From the NCBI GenBank assembly GCA_030390025.1, contig CM059439.1:75640001-75704000 (forward strand): a stretch of 64,000 nucleotides of DNA, written 5' to 3'. This DNA comes from Squalus acanthias (taxonomy: Eukaryota). The notes below the pieces were generated by a model. It saw only the letters and a program-made list of their open reading frames with translations, ran no database searches and had not been told where the DNA came from. The position numbers and the translations under genes were made by a program. The first letter of the stretch is position 1; each line of letters starts with the position of its first letter. Below, in pieces: positions 37,672-47,614 of the stretch.

Positions 37672-38063
37672 CAGGTTGAGAGGAGATTTGATAGAGGTGT
37701 TCAAAATCACGAGGGGTTTAGATAGAGTAGATAGAGAGAAGCTGTTCCCATTGGCGGAAGGGTGGAGAGCCAGAGGACACAGATTTAAGGTGATTGGCAG
37801 AAGAACCAAAGGCGACATGAGGAAAAACTTTTTTATGCAGCGAGTGGTTAGGATCTGGAATGCACGGCCTGAGAGGGTGGTGGAGGCAGATTCAATCGTG
37901 GCTTTCAAAAAGGAATTGGATAAGTAACTGAAAGAAAATAAAATTGGAGGGCTATGGAGAAAGGGCGGACGGGGGAGTGGGACTAGCTGAAGTGCTCTTG
38001 CAGAGAGCCGGCACGGGCTCGATAGACCGAATGGCCTCCTTCTGTGCTGTAACCATTCTATGA
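37672..38063 (+). mobile_element. CR1 LINE 3' fragment
   Basis: RGDLIEVFKI..RGHRFKV..FFMQRVVRIWN; tail CATTCTATGA. Confidence 0.9.
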
Positions 38064-40077
38064 AAGCTACTTTAGTTCATTAAATCATTAAAAGGATGGC
38101 AAATTGTCCTGTGCTACAGTATTAAAGTGCACCAATGTCCGCACCCCCCCCCCCCCCCCCCACAAATTGGCTACTGATATCATTCACAGCTATTGCACAA
38201 AGCTATTCACCAGCTACAACAATGAGGGTTCTTTAGCTGCCCAGCACATGGTCACATGGCAGGCGTCCCATGCTGATTCGCTGTACAAATCTTCAGAATG
38301 ACTGGTGGAAGAAGCCAACTGCTGCCCACCACCAACCTTTGTTCAAATAATTGGCACAACTGCAGTCAGATTCCTGAGCAAGCAACTCTGTGCCCGGCTG
38401 CGTCCCTGGAAAAATGCACAGCAAGCAAATTCAACTGAACTGGAGATGATTCACTCCTGGTAATAATAGTAAGCTTCAATACAGCCCTCAGCTCTCACAA
38501 GACAAAGCCAAAAAGCTTATTACATAGTTGCCCTCTATTGAAGCCACGCAACCACATCCTCATTCTTCTTTTGGGAAGTAATCGTATCAAAAACAATGTT
38601 ATTTTGTGCACAACACAATACACAAGAAGTTTCTGAATTGCTGCCAACCCTATTCTAATGAATGGAATTACCATTGCACAAATCAGTTCTAAGTGAGACA
38701 ATTAGTGGTATCTTGGGTACTACTCTAAAGCAAGATTTTATACATATGCACACATGGATTGCCCATGCGGATTCTCATTGCAAATCAGAGTGGTTTAATT
38801 CTATGTAACGCATAATGGCCTGGAGTTTCTGCATGATTTCCACCCAGATAACAAACAGAATCTGGGTGGAATGAAATTCAACAGTGCAAACGATCGCGGA
38901 ATTTAAAGTGCAAGTGTGTTGCGGCCATCACCACTTTACACTGGGGTTTCCGGTGATCTTTTACGCTGTTTTTTCCTCTTCCTAGCAAATGGGCACCAAG
39001 AGCAATTGAAATACCTCACTGCGCTCAGATGATTCTTGCACAGACCAGGAATCAAACAGAGAACCTTCTGCTCCGTTTCGCTTTAGTACAACAACCCACA
39101 GTTCATATACCCACTGAGCCATTTAGGGAGCAGCTGGTGGAGTTTAGGTAGCTTTTAAAAGAAAAGTGAAATCAGGAAGCACATAAAAGGGTTGCAATAT
39201 TAAAGTTGGAGTGTTTTAACCCAAAATGCAGGCTCCTGACTACAGTGCAGGATTGGTGGTCTTTCCCATTGTGAGCATTCTTCCAACATCAGGATGTTGG
39301 AGTGTCACGGGACTTGAAAGCCAGCTTCCTAGAGATCGGTGTCTGTATACACTAAATTGGATCAGTCTTGCTGGCCCCCTAGCCTCCCAACAGAGGAAGT
39401 GGAAAACGGGGGTTGGAGTCGTCGATACAATATCAGTTCAAGGCGGCTCACCACCACCTTCGAGGGCAATTAGGGATGGGCAATAAATGCTGGCCTTGCC
39501 GGCGACGTCCACATCCCGTGAATGAATAAAAAAAAGCGCGCCTGACCCCACAGTGATGCACACTGCTGGCTGAGCGGGATATTAATGCAGAGCCAACATT
39601 GTTAGGCAGCACCGGCTCCTTGGTAGCAGTGAGGAGCCCTAACAAAGTGGATTTCCTACCAACAGAAATCACCGGATTGCAGTCTGTAAACAAAATATAA
39701 ATCACAAAGGATGCTTAAGGAAACAAATGCTTATAATAGGATACAATGAATTACCTCAAGTTAAACAAGCCGTCGACGCACAAAACGTCAAAGGTTATTA
39801 ATTTTTATTACATAAACAGATCATGGTGCATTAAACAACTGCATTCATGTGTAGCCTGTGGCAGAGTTAAAAATTAATGCCTTCCCTCAAAAAAAAATGT
39901 ACGCCTAAAACAATTCTCCTAAAAAAGAGAATATGTGACATTTAGTTTAAATATAAAAGAGAAAATGTTAAGGCCAAAAAAAAGTACCGTAAATTGGAAG
40001 GGGATTGCCCAGCCCTCGCAACGAGAGAGAAATCAGGCAGATGTTGAGATGGGAAAGTGAGCGCATTTGCACGCTAA

Positions 40078-40907
40078 GGGGGAAAAATTCGGTTGCTTAG
40101 CGCCTCCCATTAGCGCCTCCGGGGGGCGCTAATGGAGCGCGAGGAAGTTAGCGCCTGGGCGCGGTGATTTTAACGTCGCTCGCAAAATTGACCAGACGTT
40201 TTGCGGCGGCGCTAAACACTACTGCCACGATCTCCTGCGCCCGCAGATCGCGACGTCAGTCGAGCGTGCAATGCCTCGGTAGCGCCCCGGACCGGATATT
40301 GAGTCGCGTCCCCTGCCTTTCCGCCTGCCGCTAGCAACGACAGGTAGAGGGGAACGTTTTGCAGTCAGGAAGGGGCTGGGGGAGCGCTATTTAAAAGGTG
40401 GCCGCTTCCTGCCTTTTCTTGTCGGCAAAATTTTTGGTACACACAGGTTGAGAAACGTCTGGAAAGATTTAACACTGTCCTAAGAAGTTTTGGCCCTCAG
40501 CACCACTTTTGAGGTTCCTAAGCGCCGAGCTCTTTCCCTGGGCCCATCCATTAGTGCATCCAACACAATTGCTTTTGAGTTCTCCCCAGGCAGAGATTCA
40601 AGGCTGCAATGAGCAGGGTGTGGCTGGCCAGCAAGATGGCCCCTCCCCTTTAAGAACTGGAAGGCGCCAGTCTGTCTGGCTTCCATGGTAACTGACATCG
40701 CCTGAGCTTCGGTAGCGCTCTGAAGTAGCGCCTTGCTCCCCGACATTAGCGCCTAGAGGTGTACAGCGCCTGATTTAGCGCTCAAATCACCTCTAGGGGC
40801 GATAGAGGCAAATTTTGCAGTCGGAGGCGATAGTTAGCGCCAGGCGCTAAACTTTGCGCTCGGCCGATATTAGCGCCCCAAAATGGGCGATACCGAATTT
40901 CTCCACC
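40078..40907. mobile_element. CpG-rich MITE-like element with many subterminal TAGCGCC motifs
   Basis: TIRs GGGGAAAAATTCGGT / ACCGAATTTCTCC; roughly a dozen or more TAGCGCY/GGCGCTA copies concentrated near both ends. Confidence 0.7.
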
Positions 40908-42176
40908 GAAATATTTAGTGCTCGGCTAGTATTCTAACTAGCTTGATTCTGCATATTGGGGCCAAGACTCTAGTGTAACGCGTTCCCCTAATTCCACCAT
41001 TACCGTTGTCAATATTTCACCCTGGTGTTACACAGCTCAAAACCCAATATCCAAACCAACCTAAATCTGGAGCGATACATTTTTTTTTTAAATATAAACT
41101 TTACTGCTGGCTACTCTCCTCCCCTCACCCCACAGGTCAAACAGGCATCGTCAGAAATGATTCATGTTCCACTATTACATTCTGTCGAAATCCTAGTGGA
41201 AAATAACTCGTGCCCACCAACAAGCCTCTCTAAAATTCCACGGTGCATCTGGTGCACTGTAAAACTTTCCAAGTTAATGCTTCAGGGAATAAAAACAGCA
41301 ATCAACCCTACAAGCTGGTATTCACAGGAAGAAAAATTGCATGCCGCACCCTTTGGAAATGTGGGCAGTGATCTGAAGCAAGGCTTTCCTTTCCGTCAGC
41401 CTCACAGGATTTTCCTCATGGTCACTTCCATATCTTTCATTTAGTGGTGTCGCGGTTAGTCAGCAATTTCGACTGGACAAGTGTGGCTACAGTGGCACCA
41501 TTTTAGTCAAAAACACCTCACACACACAATACAGGTAAACGTACTTCACCTGTGTATAATTACTAAACATTTATCACCATTCAGTAACCAAGGAAGCAAA
41601 GCACTCATTCAAAAAACACTTGCACGCACGCACACACTGCTTTTCATCTTACCATTTTACCAATAAATGCACAAAAAATATAAATATTGAGGTCACATAC
41701 CCTGTGACTGCATCGATTACTCATTTTTTATTTACTGATCAGACATGCAGTTGGCCACATCTGGACTCCCAAGTCGCCACATGTGGCCAGTGGCTAATGT
41801 ATTGGACAACACTGATTTAATGTAACTGGAACACACACACACACGTCTGCATTTTGCCGTAGGAAGCAGATGTTTCAGTCTGTCCCATCACAGCTGGCTT
41901 GGCTTGCTGCAGTCAGTCCAGTCAGCAACTGGGCACAATAATTCATCGAGTGCCTTGTGGAAACGAGGCAAACAACTGACCAAAAAAAACCACATTTGAA
42001 TACATGCCTGAGCAAACAGACCAACTAAAATAATTCAGGCCACGTGAAATTAATGACAAACTGTGAAAGAGTGCGCAGCAAGGTTGGAGAAATGTCACCA
42101 TTTTTACATCGCAGGATTCAAAATGAAGCACAAGCACACGTCCCAAGATGAGAAATGGAACTTTCTGGAATGTTTT

Positions 42177-42201
42177 GGGGGGGGGGGGGGGGGGGGGGGG
42201 G
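42177..42201 (+). repeat. Poly-G run (similar runs at ~61357-61378 and a poly-C at ~38144-38161)
   Basis: Directly visible homopolymers. Confidence 0.85.
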
Positions 42202-43104
42202 TGATACAGCACCTCGCTACCGAAACACAAAATCTCTGGAGTGGTTTCCCCACATCGGAGTAGGTGTGGCTGTTGTTGTCAAAACAACAAAGTAGGTTAA
42301 AAGCCGCTTTGCGGATGTTCTAGAAGATTCGATCATCTGTCACGAGCAATGGGACAGATCATGATGGCTCCCTCGCCTCCTAACCCAGGCATTGCTGGCG
42401 AATACAGACATTTCGTACCAGCCTCCCATTACAGCAACAAAAAACCACAGTCAACCACACACATTAACTGGATTGATGAATCAGGAAGCTTCACAACAGC
42501 ACAATAGAATACCTTAGGCAACAGCTTCTTTGATTTGGAACGCCTTTTGAATTTAAGACACATATTGTTCACTTTCAGTACTGGGCTCTGAAAAGAAAAA
42601 CAAAGACTGTAAATCAGGTGCGTGACGGAGTTTGGTCCACGAGGGAATATATTCACTAGAAATAACTAAATATTACTTTTTCTCCCCTGCTGAAGGTATT
42701 TTGACTCCTTGATGTGATACAGCTCCACAGGGACCAGTCTCTACTCTCGGCCAATACGCACAGGTGACCTTGGACTGTGGAGGAGGTCAACGGGCCCCCC
42801 AACAGGGGTCTCTGGACAGAGTGGGTTTCCCTGGCCAACTTTCCTCTCCCTAACCCAGAGATGCCGAGGCCAATTCTAGCACTTGTATTGCCATGCCAGT
42901 GGACAGCAGCGAACTCAGCACAGACATGGGGGCCTTTGCAGTCTGTATAGCTCCTTTCTCCCGCCCTCCCTTACACCTCTGAAGTGCCTTGGGACATTTT
43001 GCTGCATTAATAGGCGCTAAATAAATGCAAGTTGTTGTTGCTCACTGGTAACCCTCCTGAGGCAGAAACACGGCAGCACTTTTTTTTTAAATAAGTAGAG
43101 AAAA

Positions 43105-43372
43105 GAAAGAACTTGCATTTATATCGTTATTTATGACCTCAGGATGTCCCAAAGCACTTTACAGCCAGCTTTATACTTTTTGAAGTGTAGTCACTAAAAT
43201 GTAGGAAACATGGCAGCCAATTTGCGCACAGCAAGGTCCCACAAACAGCAATGAAACAATGGCCAGTTCATCTGATTTTTAGATGTTGGTCGAGAGATAA
43301 ATACTGTCCAGGACACGAGGAGAAACTCCCCTGCTCTTCTTCGAATAGTGCCGTGGGATCTTTCACACCTTC
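43105..43372 (-). mobile_element. Deu-SINE 3' half
   Basis: Reverse complement of 30270-30535. Confidence 0.8.
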
Positions 43373-44929
43373 CTGGGGGGGGCAGTTGAAAGGGAACTGT
43401 AAACTACTGGAGCCTGAAATCAACAGTATAAATGTGAATTCGAGAAACAAAACTTAAAATGATTCCACTCTCCAATTCCTGCCTGAAAAGTGGCAATAGA
43501 TTAGTGTACGATTGGTAGTATGAAAAGTGTCAGTGCATCTCTGGAATGAGTGACTCCAGGAAGGCATCCTGACTGAAAGGCAAGGACAATGTAGGAGTTT
43601 ATGAGTGGGTAGATTCTACAGCAAGCATCAGACTTGCTAAATAGACTGCAGGAGCAAGACATTTGCAACTAATCAGATAGGTGATTCATCTCCCACCGAC
43701 TAGATTCTTTATGGCTCTGTAATTACTGTAATAATGTGCATCAGAGTCTTCAGGTAGGTGTTTTCTCCGCGCGCCCCCCCCCCCAACTAAAATAAATGCA
43801 CGACATAAAAAGGGTCGAGTACTTTATGCTGAACTTACTTCCCTTCTTTCAACTGACGTAGCCCAATAGCCAGCCGTTCAGTGTTTATATGCTGCAATGA
43901 GCATGGCAAATTGCACACAACACATCATTCGTACACCTCAGTGAAGTACTGGCGCCACCTAGGGCTATGAAAGCACACAGTTACTTCTCGGGCATGTTGG
44001 TGTCTGCTGCACTGGGAAACCCAATCTTCAAAACTCAAGTAACCTGGCACTGTGCTAATCATTTGTGTTACTGGAATCATCAAAAATTAAGTATTCAGGC
44101 CTCTCCAATAGCACTTCATTAAATGCAGCTTCTTCATTTTATTGCACTCTACTGCATGTATATGTGGCCAGTTTGATCTTCATTTTTTAAATGACCCAAT
44201 ATCACCCAATGTCCAGTAAAATCACAGCCCCCACACACAACTGACAATTTCTACAATCAATCCCCGGTTTTAAAATTTGTTCTTGGGACGTGGGTGAAGC
44301 TGGCAATGCCGCATTTATTGCCCATTACTGGTTGCCCAGAGTTACAACGAATGTTAGCGGAATTTGCTCATACACAGATTTCCCACCTTTTAATTGTTCC
44401 CCAAAACACACAAGCATCTTTTCTACGGCTGTTGAGAATTTCAACAAATGTGGCATGGAAAAAGGAAGAGTTGTTATCGCAAGTCGCACACATTGGCAAA
44501 CAACCGCCAATACTCTAAGCTAGCGGTTTTCATTTTGTTGAGGGACACAGTCTCAAGTGTTGCCTTGAGTAATATTCCAGCATGGTTCCCGATGGAAAGA
44601 TGGCACATGGGTCTGCACCCAACATTGTGATCCGACACATGCCAGCGAGATAACAGGACGAGAACTTTCCCACAGGAAGTGTCTGTGGGGGTGGGGTGAT
44701 ACTGCAGAGTTGGTACCGGTCCAGGTCCTATAGGGTTTAGCAAGTCTTAGTTTTCTCTAGCGAGTCTTTTAGTTTACTCGATGAACGGTGAGAATATGCC
44801 TCTCAATTCTCCCACCACCTCCATCCCCACCCCCTTTCAAAGCATCACCTTACTTTTTCTTCATCAAACAGCAAGGAGGACGACAGGGGACTACACTCAA
44901 TCTGTTGCAAATGGAAGTTGACAGACTTG

Positions 44930-45303
44930 CAACAACAACTTGCATTTATATAGCACTTTTAACATAGTAACGCATCCCAAGGCGCTGCACAGGAGAGTAA
45001 TTGGGGGAAAAAATGACACCGAGCCAAAGAAAAAGACATTAGGACAGGTGACCAAATGCTTGGTCAAAGAGGTACACGTTATGGACTTTCTTAAAGGAGG
45101 CGAGCGAAGTGGAGAGGTTTAGGGAGGGAATTCCAGAGTTTAGGGCCTAGACAGCTGAAGGCCTGGGCACCAATGGTGAGATGAAGGAAGTGGGGGCATG
45201 GACAAGAAGCCAGAGTTGGAGGAATGCAGAGTTCTCAGAGGGCTGTAAGACTGGAGGGGGTTACAGAAAGAGAGAGGGGGGGCAAGGCCATAGAGGGATT
45301 TTA
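44930..45303 (-). mobile_element. L2-type LINE 3' end
   Basis: Tail AACAACAACTTGCATTTATATAGCAC; remnant KSLYGLAP..LRTLHSSNSG. Confidence 0.8.
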
Positions 45304-45319
45304 CATAGGAACACAAAGA

Positions 45320-45685
45320 AAAAAAGACTTGCATTTATATAGCGCTTTCCACGACCACTGGACATCTCAAAGCGCTTTACAGCCAATGAAATACTTTTGA
45401 AGTGTAGTCACTTGACCAGATAATCTGTTTTTGTTATGTTGGTTGAGGGATAAATATTGGCCAGGACACCAGGGATAACTCCCCTACTGGGATCTTTTAC
45501 GTCCACCCGAGAGCAGACGGGGCCTCGGTTTAACGTCTCATCCGAAAGACGGCACCTCCAACAGTGCAGCACTCCCTCAGCACTGCACTGGAGTGTCAGC
45601 CTAGCTTTATGTGCTCAAGTCCCTGGAGTAGGACTTGAACCCACAATTAGAGGCGAGAGTGCTACCCACTGAGCCACAGCTGACA
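45320..45685 (-). mobile_element. Deu-SINE with internal deletions
   Basis: Head (CACTGAGCCACAGCT), Deu core and tail are all recognisable. Confidence 0.82.
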
Positions 45686-45687
45686 CG

Positions 45688-46012
45688 AACATAGAACAGG
45701 AATATGCCATTCAACAGCTTGTTCCACCATTCGACTAGATCACAGCTGATCTGCACCTCAATTCCATTTACTCGCCTTTTATCCATATCCCTGGATAGCC
45801 TTACCTAACAATAATCTGTCGATCTCAGTTTTAAAATTCCAATTGACGCAGCAGCTAGTGCCTTTTTTCTGGGGGGGGGGGAAGGGGGGGCAAAAAAGAA
45901 TTCCAGATTTCTACTACCCTTTGTGCGAAGAAATGCTTCCTGATTTCACTCCTGAATGGCCTAGCTCATTTTAAGATTGTGGCCCCTTGTACTGGATTCC
46001 ACCACCAGAGGA
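45688..46012 (-). mobile_element. CR1 3' end, decayed
   Basis: Same family as 56485-56563/58057 onward. Confidence 0.7.
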
Positions 46013-46558
46013 AGCAGCAACTCTGCCAACAACCCCAGGTGAACAGGAAGGCCAGATACAAAGAGCGGAGACACAGCTTCTGGGCCTCACTAGGATTACC
46101 ACACCTCAAAATGGCTGCATTCACACTGCGCACAATGTTTCACTTGAGTGGCATTTGAGCCAATGACTGAACCAAGGTAGTTGTTTCCAACATAATTTTT
46201 TTTTTTTTTTTTTTAAATTACAAATGCCTGCACCCCTTTTCCATCTCCTCCACCCAAAAGAAAGTGTTGATGAATTTCATGCTCAAGGTGGTAAAGGATA
46301 GAAACATGAAATCAACAGGCAGGAAAAGACCAGCTGGTCCATCAAGCCTGCCCCACACCCCATGATGGCTGGAGCATCATGACTAGACACTTTTTAACCC
46401 CTCCCCCACAGCCATGTAATCTCCTGGGAGTGGAAAACAAAAAAACCAGAACAGATCCAGGGCTAATAGCAGAAAAAAATACCCTGCAAAAATCCTCTCC
46501 AAATGCCACTTCTGAAAGACTGCAGTTTCAAACAAAACGAGTGTGTTCGTGTTCAGTC

Positions 46559-46638
46559 CCCCTGGAAAGTCAAGTTCACACATGTGGGATGTAGGAACCC
46601 CTGGAAAGTCAAGTTCACACATCTGGGATGTAGGAACC
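46559..46638 (+). repeat. 39-bp tandem duplication
   Basis: CCCCTGGAAAGTCAAGTTCACACAT(G/C)TGGGATGTAGGAA x2, one mismatch. Confidence 0.9.
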
Positions 46639-46865
46639 ATAGTAGAGGTTGGTGGAACCAAGAAATATTTGGTTGAACTTGGTGACAACTTCCGAAGTGT
46701 TCATATAGATCAAATGATCTCTGCTATGAAAATAAGTTTTTGTGACTGGAAGGCGGTTTCCAGTGGGGTTCCGCAGGGCTCAGTACTCGGTCCCTTGCTT
46801 TTTGTGGTATATAAAAGTGAGAAGTCGCACAACACCAGGTTATAGTCCAACAGTTTTATTTGAAA

Positions 46866-46904
46866 TCACAAGCTTTCGGAGCGGTTGCTCCTTCGTCAGG
46901 TGAA
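46866..46904 (-). ncRNA. Minimal type-I hammerhead ribozyme motif
   Basis: Minus strand reads TTCAC CTGACGA A GGAGC-AACC-GCTCC GAAA GC TT GTGA. Confidence 0.72.
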
Positions 46905-47575
46905 GTAAAGGAATACAAATCGACAAAGCATATATCGATAGAGAACAATGCATGTGTAACGGACAATGGCAGACGACTACATTTAATCCTCCTGACTGCC
47001 TTTTGTCACACCTCGGCAGAGAAACAATCAGGTCAGCCAGGAAGGCACCACATCAAAGACATAGCAAGATACAACTGAGACAATGAGGTGGGGTTAGAGG
47101 GGGTCTAATGTGTCAAAAGCTGCAGTCGGTATGGAAAACGATAAACTTTAAAATTTTTACTTATTTTTACTGGAAATCACATCTGAACAAGCCAACGACG
47201 ACTCGAGTCTGGATGACTCTACGTCATGTATCATGACATGAACCCAAGATACATGACGTAGAGTCATCCAGACTCGAGTCGTCGTTGGCTTGTTCAGATG
47301 TGATTTCCAGTAAAAATAAGTAAAAATTTTAAAGTTTATCGTTTTCCATACCGACTGCAGCTTTTGACACATTAGACCCCCTGCAAGCCCACCTCATTGT
47401 CTCAGTTGTATCTTGCTATGTCTTTGATGTGGTGCCTTCCTGGCTGACCTGATTGCCTTTTGTCACACCTCGGCAGATAAACAGTCAGGAGGATTAAATG
47501 TTGTCGTCTGCCATTGTACGCTACACATGCATTGTTCTCTATCTATATATGCTTTGTCGATTTGTATTCCTTTAC

Positions 47576-47614
47576 TTCACCTGACGAAGGAGCAGCCGCT
47601 CCGAAAGCTTGTGA
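47576..47614 (+). ncRNA. Minimal type-I hammerhead ribozyme motif
   Basis: TTCAC CTGACGA A GGAGC-AGCC-GCTCC GAAA GC TT GTGA. Stem I TCAC/GTGA, palindromic AAGCTT stem III, predicted cut after 47610. TATA-like CTATATAT lies ~30 nt upstream. Confidence 0.72.

Noticed and set aside
40078-40907. CpG-island promoter of a host gene
   Set aside because: Bounded by TIRs with transposon-like motif arrays; no adjacent exon or ORF.
46559-46638. CRISPR-like or functional repeat array
   Set aside because: Only two adjacent units without spacers, inside a Gypsy remnant of a vertebrate genome.
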